Below are positions 23,500-35,294 of a stretch of DNA of 35,392 bases, piece after piece. The stretch lies in assembly GCA_010909165.1 (NCBI GenBank), contig VJWM01000367.1, positions 1 to 35,392 of the forward strand, given 5' to 3'. Each line of letters begins with the position of its first letter. The stretch's first letter is position 1. Below the pieces are notes generated by a model. The model saw only the letters and a list, made by a program, of their open reading frames with translations, made no database searches and had not been told where the DNA came from. The position numbers and the translations under genes are program-made. The stretch comes from Anthoceros angustus (lineage: Eukaryota; Plantae; Anthocerotophyta).

Positions 23500-26400
23500 C
23501 CTCGAGTGTAAGTACTTCTTGATCTTCCACCCATTCACTCACGGTAGGAAGTAGTTCCCCAGTAAACTTTCCAAGCCTTGACCCATTTTCATAGTACACA
23601 ACCGCATAGGCCCCATCCATCTCGGGCGTAGCTTCCGGAAAATCTAAATACCTACTATCGTAAAAAGGCACCAAGTCTCCGCTACTACGTCACGAAGTGA
23701 AGCTCCCATCGTGCCTCTCCTTCCTCCTTCACTACTCATTGTGTCTCCTCTAAGGCATCGTCCGTTTCCTCATGCCTTAAATTCTTCCAACTGGCTTGTT
23801 CACTATCTTCCACCGTCATTCGCTCATCTTCCATAATTCTATCGTTGGTACCTCAAATTCGGTGGCATTACGGGTGACATCCGTATGTCGAGATAATCTG
23901 ATGTCTTCTTGTGGTCACCTTCTCCATGATCCTGAAAGCCCATAGCACGGTGTAGCTTGGTATCCCGATCATACATATGGGAGGCTCACTTTATCAAAAT
24001 GTTGCATAGTAACCCATTTGTCTTCTCCGTGAGTCCGTTGGCTTCGGGTTGTAAGGCGTAGTCTTCACTGTCGAATGTTGAAATAGGCGATCAGACTCGA
24101 TTATCTTTGTTGAAATCGTCCCCTCGATCGCTAACAAGTTCCGGTGGGCATCCATACCTTGTGATAATCCGTTCAAACAAAAACTTGGCGGTGGGCGCAT
24201 CATCCTTCCTGTCGCCTCTACCATTTTGTGCGATGTCTGTGTACAAATCTTGTCTTTGGTCCGACTGGTGGTCGAATAGGTCCCACAAAATCAATTCCCC
24301 ATTTTCAAAGGTGCGGTGGTAGGATGTCGTTAGAGGCCCTTTGGGTCGTCTGGGCCTCCCGTTCGTGACAAGCATCACAACTCGATGAATAACCATACAT
24401 CTCGATACATTGTATCCCACCAAAACCCTGGTTAGAATCTTCTTTGTTGTGATTGTGGCGGAATAGTGTCCTCCTGCTTCCCTCGTGTGCAAGGCTTCTA
24501 TCACCATGGCTTTCTCATTCCCCTCAACATCTTGAATCACCTCCATTTAATTTGTACAATACTCCCTTGCGATGCAATATGGTGCATACATGTATGAACA
24601 ACTCCTTCCTTTGATAAATCCACCGGCAACTCCCCATGCTCTAAATACCTCCGACCTCGGCGTTGATGAAGTGTCGTGGACACGCCGCCCCTCCCTGCTC
24701 CTTACGGTCGGGTTTACGTCGCGGGTTGCGTAGTCCTTGGTCTGTGGCGTCCCCTCCGGTTCTCGATTTGCTCGCGATATCCGGAGGAGTCCCGCTCCGC
24801 CGTTTCTCGATCCGTCCTTCTGCGGTGCCTCTGCCGTCTTTCGATCATGCTTTCCGGCTACCAACTCCTCATCCGGGAACTTATCGTTCGGTGGTGGCCT
24901 TCCCTTCATTCGTAGTCGAAATGAAGTCGGCGTTCACATGTTGCTTCCCGTGTTTCCACCTCATAATCGAATTCTGCAATGTATCCATCGCGATTCGTCC
25001 GGATAGATCGGGTTTGTTTACCAAGTACTTGATGCGAAATGGTCCACATGGAACACAACTTTGCAAGCCGGCGGATAGTGTCGAAATTTCTTGCGAGGAA
25101 TAGATGATGCCAAGAGCTTCTCTTTCGATCGTGGAGTAGTTCCGTTACGCATCCGAAAGTTGGCGTCACATAGAAGATCGGCCTATGCTTCTTTCCATCA
25201 CGTTGACTCGGGATGGCCCCTATGGCATAAGATACATCCACAAAGACATGAAAAGGTTCTTCCCGGTTGGGGGTTGCAATCTTGGTGCCCGCCAAGCTCT
25301 TTTCAAACTTAGGAACGCTTCCCGCGTCGGTCAAAAGGAACATCTTTCTTGAGTGAGAGGTGCGCCTTCTTTGCAAAATCAATGATGAATCTCTGTAGTA
25401 TCCCAAGCGATGAAGGCTCGAACTTGCCTTTGGGAGCATCCATCTCTGATGACTCGACCTTTTCCTTATCCACCTCAAACCTCGCTTGAAACACGATGTG
25501 CAGTTCCTTGTCATTCGAAATAACATTTGCTGGGTGCAACTTCAAATTGGTTTCTCTACATACATAAACCTGAAGATGTCCCAAGTGCTTCTCTTCCCAA
25601 ACACACAAAAGTCATCCGAAATACTTCCATGAATTTTCCTCGGTACTCTCGGAAAATGGTATTCACTACTCTCGAAGGTGGGGGGCATTGCAAAGACCAA
25701 AGGGTAATTTGGCATATGCAAACGTCCCCAATCGATGGTAAGCGTTGTTTTGTCTGATCTTCCTTTCTCGAGTGATCGATTGTATCACGAATACCCGTCT
25801 AAGCACATCTCATGCCTGCGACCGTGTCCAATACACTATCCATAAGCGGCAAGGGTGATGGTCTTTCTTAGTTGCCTCATTCAACTTCACGAAATCAACG
25901 GACCCGAACTTTCCCTGTTGCTTAGGCACAATCACAATCGGTGCCACCCATTCGCTTGTACAGGATAGATTACTCCGCCTCCGGATCTTGATCCAATTGC
26001 TCCTTCACCACTAGAGAATACTTTGGATTGAGTCGATCTTGATCCTCACGGAGTCGCTCCTTCCTTCAAGTCGATTCGGTGCACTCCCAACTCCGTATCT
26101 GGTCATCGGTTACCTTGAGCGAAACAATCTATGTATTCCAACAACGGTGATGGAGTTGTTTCTTCTCTTTGTTCGGATGCACGCATACCATGACTTTCTT
26201 CCGAGGCCAGCTCCATTTCCTCTAAGGCTTGGATCCCTTTGGTCCGTCCGGACAACTTCCTGAGTGGCCCGTTCCTTCATCCGGAAAATCTTCATTGTCG
26301 GCTTTCCTTATCCAAGGATGCGTTCTCGTCCCTTCTCCATTGTACTCGATTCTTCTTCTATCTCGACTTGGAAGCCGTCAACAAGCTTGACGGACAATAC

Positions 26401-29400
26401 GTTTGATCATCGATCGAAATTTTCCTCTCTCCTCCCCAACCTCGGGTGTACTCCTCGGTGATTAGTTTCCCCTTCATAGGTTTCCTTGCTCCGACTCACG
26501 GCATGAGCCAGCATGCCCTTGAGCGATCCTGTTCCTTCTTCCCCAATCAAGGCTCTGCCGTATAGCCATGGCCTCCCTATCAACACTTGATACCCGTGAC
26601 TGGTCGCATGACCACATAAGTCAAAGGAAAACAATGCCTCCAATGTTAGTGGGTATCGCGAAGTACCCCCATGGCCCGTCGATCCGCCATTCGGAATGGT
26701 GCGTGTCCTCTCGAACTTGGTGTATCCTAGTTTGCTGGCGTTTCTTCCATCATCAGTTAACCCCAACCGAGTCGATGGTACCGCCTTATCAAGCATCCGT
26801 TCACTTGACCGATATTTCGCACCCAAATCCATGAGTTCCACAACTCGTACATCCGTGGTCGTTTACGGTTTTACATGAGTCCCTTTCGCCGCTTCGCATC
26901 ATCGTCGATACTTGGGGTTGTCGGACAAGAGTTGTCGAAATGTCACAAGGAATTCTTGATCCAGAGTCTGCGGTGACTTTCTCGGTGAGAGGGTCTTCTT
27001 TTCCTCGGCCTTACTTCTTCTGTAACCTCCATCTTTGTCATCACTCCCTGACCCATGGTTTACGGGGTGCATGTTTCTTCCTTTCTTGAGTGAGTTTCCG
27101 TAATTCGGCATCGAGCATGCCGCCACCTCTGGTGATGTCGGTGCAATTGAAGCCTTTGGACCGCCCTCCCTCGGCCCCGGTCTCGGGCGTTTCTTCATCT
27201 CTCGATGTCACTTCCTCGGCATTCTTCTTTTCCGGATTCCATCTCGCCGAACTTCCAATTTCAGCATTCCCTTGTCGGTGTGTCCCTCCTTCCGTCTTGG
27301 GGAGTGGCGGCCAACTCGTCTTCTCTCGGAGATATGCGAGTCCACTTCCACTTCATTCGCCTTCTTGCTCCTCTCCCCAACGTTCGCCGTCTTCTACTTC
27401 CTGCAATACCGGTGGGCGAGGCTGTCTGGGTTTGGTGGAATCTCCTCTGTCACCTTGGGGTTAGCGAATCGTACCACAGTGGCGAGAATGGCCTTGGGCA
27501 TCTTGCATCTCCCTATGTCCTGGCGCCAGACTGTGAGAAGGTGTACCCAATCTGTCGCCTTGGTTACGGACATGCATTCGCATAATGATCAGGCGCCACA
27601 GTTGTAACAATGGCCGACGGTACACTCTGGGGTCGTTGAGAGGATTCCGGTCGCCATTGATTCGATTGCTTGCCTTGGACCATACCTCATCCCACTTTGG
27701 GTGATGGTTGATAGGTGGCTCTCATGGATTGAGGCGGTCGAGCTCCATCGCGCATCATATACCTCCTCTCACGAATAGTATGGGTCTAGATCGTACTCCA
27801 CATTGACCCATCGTGTCTTGAGGCAGCATTCTGCGTGTATGGCCTGATGATTGCTACAAAAGACTTGCTGCCGGGTAGGGAAGGAGATCGTCGGCGAGTC
27901 GATTCTTGACTAATTTGATCTCGATGTCACGCCGTTTCATCTTCCAAATTGTGTCTTGGTGGACGACCTTCCATTCGTTCCTTTTCCCTTCTCGAAACCT
28001 TCGTGGCGTTTTCTCTTGTCTCTCTCCTTCTTCTTGACAAATGTTCCAAGTCTTTTTCACTCGCTTATGATGTGCTTCTTCCGATTCGCTATCATCATCC
28101 CGGATGTTGAATTCTCTTGATGATGATGGTTGAGTGTCTTGTCGATTCTTACGAACTTGAAGGCGATGTCTCTTCCTTTCTTCCTCTTTCTTCCGTCTTC
28201 TCCTCCCGTGGGCGGCCTCCCATGCTTGGCTGCGAATGCCTTCCTCAAGGTATCATTGCCCTGCGTGAATCTCCATCTTCGTGGTAGTCCACAGACGAAC
28301 CAATCCAACGCTTGTTCTTCCGAATACGCTTGTGATTCTCCTCCCGTGTTGTCCACTCTAGGTATCTTCTCCGAGCTAAAACCGTTCCACATAATCGAGC
28401 AAGGATTCTTTCTTCTTCGCTTGAGTCACAGTTTTGTTAACACATGGGTAGTGTGGCTCAAACCCACAGCGAATAAGGAAATCAGCTCATGCCAACCGGT
28501 GGGTGGGGTAGAGAACTTCGGCATACCATTGCGCGGTCCCTGCGATCTGGAAAATCCATTACCCGATCGTCGAGGAATCCTCGATGTTAGCCCTCGAAAT
28601 GGATTGAAAAGTTTTACAAAACTTTCGGCATCGATGTCCTCCTTCTTGGATCCAAATTTGGGATATGGCTGCCTTGTGTGGGTGATGGGGCTTGCTCCTC
28701 GTCGCTCCTCCGCTCCGCTCATGGCTATGGGCAAAGGTGTCGATCTTGTCAGAACCGGGTCGTCACACCGTAAGTGAAACTCGGGCTCTTGCTCGTGGGT
28801 TGTGGACTTGATTGTGTCTTCGCTCGGCTCCCACAATTCTTGCTTCTTCTCTCGCCGGCCTCGCCCGCGCAACTTCCGCTGTCGAGCCAAATGATCGAGA
28901 TATTGTCGATTGTAAGTGTCCCAATCCTTGCTCCTGCGATCAACGCGCGCGCCGCCCGTATGCTGCCTCCGAGCCTCTCGGTAACTCAGCGTGTCGCTCG
29001 TTGACTCCCCTCAGGAGATGATCTGTCAAACAAGGCGTTTTCTTCGGGCTGAGTCGAAAAATCTTCTAAGGTGTCGATGTCGAGAGGATGCAGTGCGTTC
29101 GGACGGTGGTAGCGGCGGACCACCCCCCCTCGAGTCCTTCACACCGTTCGTGGGTGATACTAACTCCACGGTGATCTCGAAGGTTCGCAAAGAAATGAGC
29201 TCGGCCTCCGTTCGGTTCCTCTGTCTTCTTGATGTTCCAAAGTACCACACGGCTCCCGTCCGTGGGTAGGGCGCTGTCGGACCTTTCTCCACGCAAAACA
29301 ATCGAGACAAGCGTGGTGGCGATCGTTGTACGTACTTTCTTCCTCGTGCGAGCTTCAGCTTCGCTTACCTCCACTCTAGCCGCGATGGCTCGGCTCTCCG

Positions 29401-29497
29401 GGATTGCCTCTATCCGTCGATACTCATCCCTTCGCGCCCTTTCCACGAGTTGAAAGGGGATGACGACTTCGCAATGTCCGTTTACTCCCTCTATCAT
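23500..29497 (-). pseudogene. gag-pol of the Athila-like element, broken by many small indels
   Basis: gag YPKFGSKKEDIDAESFVKLF (~28650); CCHC knuckle CYNCGA.DHYANAC at 27571-27609; protease region GYQVLIGRPWLYG (~26570); RT WVAPIVIVPK and VF.DDFC at 25606-25626; RH KYLVNKPDLSGRIA...HVNADFIS; INT ALHTREAGGHYS, RYGCPPELVSDRG, TTPYNP, RWMGPY and VNGWKIKKY ending near 23500. Confidence 0.9.
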
Positions 29498-29520
29498 TCA
29501 CTCACACACAATCCTCAAGC

Positions 29521-29538
29521 AGCCGTCCGGCAGCGCCA
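29521..29538 (-). promoter_or_regulatory. Primer binding site, Athila-type (tRNA-Asp-like), imperfect
   Basis: Minus strand ...CCTACCACA-TTTT-TGGCGCTGCCGGACGG resembles the Athila PBS TGGCGCCGTTGCCGGGGA with small deletions. Confidence 0.6.
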
Positions 29539-29542
29539 AAAA

Positions 29543-32500
29543 TGTGGTAGGTTTGCCTCGGTCACCCAGGCCTCGGTGGCCACACTTATCCCAGTCGTTG
29601 AATCGTGGGTTCGATCCCAAGAGATTTGGTTCGGATTGTTTGCGTCGTTCCTCTCACTCTCACTCTCGTCATTCCGGTCTACTTGTCCTCGGTGTGGGCA
29701 ACAAGCGGTGTTATGCGTTTGGGTTATCGGCCCCACGCGCTCCACGCCTTCGAGGATTCCCTCCACCTCAACACTCTCCTGCCAACTACAGCGATCAATT
29801 CACTCTACAACACCCATAACCTCTTCACCATTCTCAAAAGAAACATAGCTCACGGACCACCATACAGACTCACTTCATTCGATCCCCAAATCTAACTCTA
29901 CTATAGCGTTCGCGGTTTCCTCCCTTACTGCGTGACTTCTGGGTATTTCTCTCGGGCGATTGCGTATGCGACGCGAGCGTGGTCGGCGCCGATCACCTGC
30001 GAGGCCACCAACAAACACATGCATCCAACAACAATCTTTCACGAGAGGAGGAGCTGCGTTGGCGAACCCCACCGAGGGCCTCCGAGAACCCCACCCTTCG
30101 TCGCTTGGCGGGCGGTCAGCTGCACACACACAAAGGGATGCGCCGGAGGCGAAGAATGCATGACAAAGCAAGGTCGGTGTTTATTCATTCTTCCACCCTC
30201 CCTTTTATAGGTGGGGAGTCGATCGTGCTAGTTTAATGCTAGGCGACTTGCCAAGTCCAACAATAGGACTCTTGTCGGCCCCCCTTACGATTCGTCCTCG
30301 GCTCGATCCGCTCACCTTGACGAATATCCTATCTGTCTATCGCCACTCTTAAATACTCACACTTCCCAAGGTGTGCACCACTTGGGACAAAACGTCCTCT
30401 TGAAAGGTCCTACGACATCCTCGTTCGCTGCTTTTTGTTAGCCCTCGCTTCAATGTCTTCCCCTTGATGGGTCTTAGCCTTGCCCACCTCCGGGAGTCTT
30501 CTCCAGACTACTGTAGCTCGTCGGCCCCCTCGGTGGTAGGTCTTCCCTTGGTAGGAGGTTCCATTCCTCCTACGTTCATCCTCGATGGGTTCCTCCCCTC
30601 ATCTCGTCTTCTTGGTAGTTCGTCTCCTACCTCATTTCGGATCTTGCTATGGGGTACCTTCCCTCACTGGTTTCGTGGGCCGGAGGTACCCTTCCTTCGG
30701 TCACCTCCTCCTCTTCAGCAGTTCCTACGAGTAGGAACTTTGGTAGTACCATCCTACCATCGGTCTCTTCCTCCCGCAGTAGCTCCACCGTCTCGGGAGG
30801 TTCTGGCGTCGCCGTGGTGCTTCTTGACTCGCTCGCTCGGCTATGTCCGGCCCGGCTGGCTTTCCTTGTACCAACTCAAAGTTTGACCTCCGTGCCATTC
30901 CCAAGCGTCGAGCAGTCTGCGTCTTCCTCCATGGCGTTCCTCAATCGCTTCGAGGAGGTTGTTGTAGTAGGTCGCCACCCTACCACTCTCCTTCTTTTGT
31001 CGTCCATGATGCGGACCCTTAGTGGGATGGCCTTTTCGTCCCACCGGCTGATTTGTCACTCCTACCAATGCGGCCTCTTTCTCCACTACTCTCTCTCCAA
31101 CTCCGGGCAAGCCTCCCAATCTCCTTATCTTTCTCCATGGCTTCCATCGCCATGCGTTTCACTATGCGGTCGCCTCTTTGCTCCTCGAATGACGAAGACC
31201 CTCCAAAGATCGTTGGGCCATCAAAACTTCCTTCGGCGGTTCCTTGCCTCCGTTTCATAGGCGTGGGTAAGGTCGTCGGCCTTCTTCGTTCTGCTCCAAA
31301 AGTTCTCGTAAGCTCCTCTTTGTGACCCTTAGTCACATTGTCCCATCCTTGTCGTTCCTTCACCAAGTATTTTCCCTTGTAATGCTCCTTCCGTTGCTCC
31401 ATGGCAACTAACTTCTTCGTAGGAGGTCCTTCTCGTCTTCAAGGTCCCGGGGCCTTGCTAGGTGATCTTGCCTCCTCCTTCTGCGTTCGATGTGTCCTAC
31501 CCTTGCTAGGTAGCTTCCAACTTTCTTACGCCTCCTTCCGGCTTCCAACTCCTCGACCCTCTTGGCTGATTTTGCCTCTGTCCTAAGACAGTCAATCATT
31601 TCCCACATTCACCAACTTGGTGGTCATCTGTCGCTCTTTGGCGGATCTAGCACGGGTTGCTTCTCGGAGGTGGTTTTGAGCTCCTCTCAATTTCTTCTCG
31701 GCATCCTCCGGCTCCTTTCGTAGGTCTCGAGTTCGGCGAACTTGGTCACCTCTGACCACGGTCCACTAGGGCGTCCATAGATCCTGCGCCCACTTCCTTG
31801 ACTCGGCAACTACCCTCTCTGTGGGATGCATTCTCGAACACTTCTGCTCCTCCTGTTGGTGCGTAGGTCACCAACGTTCCTCGGCGTTCTTCTCGTCACA
31901 CCTCAAGTCTTGTTACTACTTCTTGGTGAGGTAAAGCTCCTACCGTAGGTCCTCCGTCCTCCAGGTCCCTACCGTAGGGGGTTCCTCCCCACCACGGTGT
32001 TGTCGGCCTTCCAATCCTCAACCCTCGGTAGGTGGTCTCGTATCCTTCCTCCTTCCTCCGTAGGAGGTGCTTCTATAGCCTTCTTCCCTTTCTCTTGTTG
32101 GGTTCACGATCCACGAGGCCTCATGTTGGTTCAGGCGTGGCGGTCTCTTGCCGGGGCCTCTCTGTCTCTTCATCCTCTGGGGCCATGGCTCTCCTTCCGC
32201 TACCCTCACGAGTAGCTTCTATCTTGGCTTCTTCCCGTCGGTGTAAGAACCTCCTCCCTCGATATAGGTGTCGAGGAAGGTAGAGACAAAGCGATTCTTG
32301 CTCCTCCATCACCAAATGGTTTCGGTGCAACCTTTGTTCATCTGAGAATGGTGGCCCAATCCACCAACTTCCTGAGACATCTCATACATCATCATTAAAT
32401 GGGAATTTCCAGTCGTCTTCCTCGCCGCGCACGTTAGTCAGCCATATCTTGGCGAATAAATTCCACTTCCGCTCCTTGAACAAAGAGATCCTCCAGCCAT

Positions 32501-33790
32501 TGCCTTGCGACCATACTTCCTCCTTTGGTCGTAGGAACATGCTCATAACCTCCTCGGGATCGATTCTTGGAGGCTGAATGATCCCTCCCTTGGCTTCCGG
32601 TATCAAATCGTATCACGGTACCTTCCACATCCCGGGACTTGATGTCGCATCCTCCGGGCGTCGCCTTGGTCACTCTCATTCGTCGCGCACTCGAACCAAG
32701 GCGGGGCTGCAAAGTGCCACCCAACAATCCATCTTCATCTCGGGCGTGGCTCGAGCGCCTCAAATCTCGAGGTGAAATTTGGGCGGCCTACACTCGAACT
32801 TCGGGGTGGGTGTTTCTTACCTTTTCCCTTGTGGGCGGTGTGGCGGCGGAGGTTTCCTCCCGTGGGAGTACCCCGTTCCCGTCCTCACTATCTTTACCAT
32901 CACGCAGCACACACAAGGATAGCAAAATTGGAGAGATTGGAGGTAATCTATCGGGCTAAGAGAGTGGAGAGCAAGAGGTGGTGGTTTGGGTGAGAAGCGG
33001 CAAGGGGAGTTCTTCCGCTCCTCGGGTCGGCCTCAACGCAACCACTAAGAGGTGGCCTTGGCCCCTTCAATCTCCCCTCCGGCAACTTCTCCACCTTGCT
33101 CGCCTTTTTGACGTCACGGTAGCCTTCTCACCTCGGCGCCTCTACAATCGCCTCCGCTCGAGCACCTCCACTCGCCGCCGGATCCCCCTCCGAACTCCTT
33201 TCGGCAATCGCTCATGCCCAGCTAGCTCGCTCCGATGGCCTCGCCTGCTCCTCGGCGCCTTGGTTCGCGCTCCCTCCGACTGCTGTGCAATCGGCAGCCC
33301 GCTCACTGCTGCCTTCCTTCTTGACGCAACTCCACTTCCTCCCCTCAGCCGACTGCGGTTTCGAAAGGCGCCCGTTCAAAACCACAGCTAACGAGTTTGC
33401 AGTACATGCAAATCTGTCGCTCCTCCACGATGGGCGCCATGTCGGTTCAAAACTCCTGGCCATTTTCCATCTACAACTTAACTAGCCCTTTTTGGCATAT
33501 ATAGCCATATAGAACCTAAATAATTGAAGGCCAAGGAACTTCCTATCCCGAATATTCCTACTCCCCATGGTCCAAGGAACTTTGGAACCTATCATGCCTA
33601 TATATGCTTCTATCTACCCATACTTTCTACCCGATCGAACCTCCTGCAGTGCATGATTCGATTAAGTCCGAACTCCCTCGGACGTCCTACCATCTTCCTA
33701 CATTTCTATCGACCTACCTACCTACTGCAACTTATTCATCCTTGGCGTCGGTCTCTCACCGCGTCTTGGGTGACCAAAATTCTTCGTTCC
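29543..33790 (-). repeat. 5' LTR (~4.25 kb) of the Athila-like element; contains the second copy of the LTR-internal ORF (ATG 32900)
   Basis: Begins TGTGGTAGG at 29543; colinear with 19212-23462 up to ...ttcttcgttcc (33790); the terminal ACA is altered or missing. Confidence 0.85.
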
Positions 33791-33794
33791 TGCA

Positions 33795-34545
33795 GGGGTG
33801 GTGGCAAGGCGGGCAGGATGACGGCGCGCCGATTGCCCAGTGCTCAGGTGGCATCGACATGAGATGTGGAGGAAGCAGGAGTTATCCTCTGCAGATGCGA
33901 AGCAAGAAGCGGAAAGGTGTGCTTAAGGTTATGCGCGTGAATATTTGGATCAGCGAGGGTTCGAGAGAACCGTCGAAGGAAGGAGGATCGGCCAGGTTAG
34001 ATCTCACGGAACACATGTCGAGAGGTCGATCCAGTATGAGAAGATCAGTTCAAAGTAGTGACGACTCATGAAGAGCCGTCTTGAGGAAGGAGGCACGCCT
34101 CGATTCGGCCAGAATGGGAGATTGTTGACAAGCAGCGTCAAGAGTTGTTGAGCGGGGTTGATAAGAAAATCAAGCTCTCAATATCTTCTTCTTGTTGTCC
34201 TACCGCTCAAGAAGGATGAGCGGTGAATGGAAGGACGAGGAGGATGTGTGGCGACTACCGACCTCTAAGCGAGGTGACTCCTATGGAGCAGATGCCTACT
34301 CAGATTTTCGATGCCATAGGTAAGGCAAAGTTCTTTACCGGCTTGGACTTAGCTCGAGGCTTCAACCAAATTGTGATTGAAGAAGCGGGACAAGTGCAAA
34401 AAGACCTTGGGGAAGGACCAGCTTTGGGAATGGGAGGCGATGCCGTTTGGTGAAGAATGCTTCCATATATTTCCAAAGAATGCGGATCTGGGCTGCGAGC
34501 GCCATTTGTGCGTTGCTACATAGATGATATCACGGTCTTGATGAG
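33795..34545 (+). pseudogene. Ty3/gypsy reverse transcriptase fragment (probably the continuation of the host element at 17070-19211)
   Basis: EWEIVDKQ..EL, RRMCGDYRPLSEVT, IFDAIGKAKFFTGLDLARGFNQI, MPFG.KNASIYFQR and RCYIDDITV (YIDD at ~34518-34529), with frameshifts. Confidence 0.88.
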
Positions 34546-34548
34546 ACA

Positions 34549-34635
34549 AAAACCTTCTTCCTGCATCAAACACTTAATTTCCTGCAAAGCACTTGTTGTA
34601 AAACTTACTGGTACAGATGTTGTTACTGTTGACAT
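34549..34635 (-). CDS. 5' end of a Bacteroidota-like IscA/HesB iron-sulfur cluster assembly accessory protein, truncated at the junction
   Basis: MSTVTTSVPVSFTTSALQEIKCLMQEEGF matches the N-terminal 'P(V/I)xFTxxAxxE(I/L)xxL' pattern of IscA/HesB; the diagnostic GGCSG motif is cut off. Confidence 0.55.
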
Positions 34636-34775
34636 ACTAAAATCAATTTCTATAAATACAATACAAATTTACATTCGTTTCACAATTTAATGAATCAAAG
34701 CATTTACGTTTAACGAAATTTAGTATATATGAATGGTGGTATTCCATTTACTTTCATCTATTTTTGTTTTAAAAT

Positions 34776-35290
34776 ATGACAGAATGAATAACACAGTGAT
34801 TTTTAGTATATTAATAGCCCTTTAATTTTGAATGTGTTGTGGAATAACTGGCCGGATAAAAATAAAACGAAGGAATCTGCATCCGGCCAAAATCTCGCAA
34901 ATGATGCCAACACAAAACTAATGCAACTGCAGGCCTATGAAAGACTTGTTTTACTTGTTGAAAGGATTGCACTTCCCAACTTAATTGCCCGATTAAATAC
35001 GCCGGTATTTCTGCAAGAGAAGCACAAGTATTATTAACCCAAACCATCAAACAGGAATTTGAACATAATATTACGCAACAAATTTATGTAAGTGCTGATG
35101 CCTGGAAAGCTGTTAAAATTTGAAAGATCAAAATATTTATATCATCAATCAATTGGCGAATAATTTACCACCCAATGCTTCGAGTAGACCTAAACAAATT
35201 ATTGTTAGAATATTTAATGACAGATAAAAAGGCAATTTATATGAAGTAGCCAGTGAAATTATTAGCCACGAAGCCAAACAGGTTTTGTAA
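34776..35290 (+). pseudogene. Bacteroidota conserved hypothetical protein (N-terminal hydrophobic segment), apparently broken only by 1-bp deletions (likely read errors)
   Basis: Restored frame: ...KLMQLQAYERLVLLVERIALPNLIARLNTP/GISAREAQVLLTQTIKQEFEHNITQQIYVSADAWKAVK/NLKDQNIYIINQLANNLPPNAS/GVDLNKLLLEYLMTDKK/GNLYEVASEIISHEAKQVL*; AT-rich, no introns; family recognised from memory, not from a search. Confidence 0.7.
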
Positions 35291-35294
35291 TAAA

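Larger units (their letters stand above)
19212..33790 (-). mobile_element. Full-length Athila-like (non-chromovirus) Ty3/gypsy LTR retrotransposon, ~14.6 kb, with ~4.25 kb LTRs
   Basis: Direct repeats at 19212-23465 and 29543-~33790 with TGTGG...CCACA termini. PBS-like TGGCGCTGCCGG at the inner edge of the right LTR and PPT at the inner edge of the left LTR. Internal domain order gag-PR-RT-RH-INT on the minus strand. No TSD found. Confidence 0.9.
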
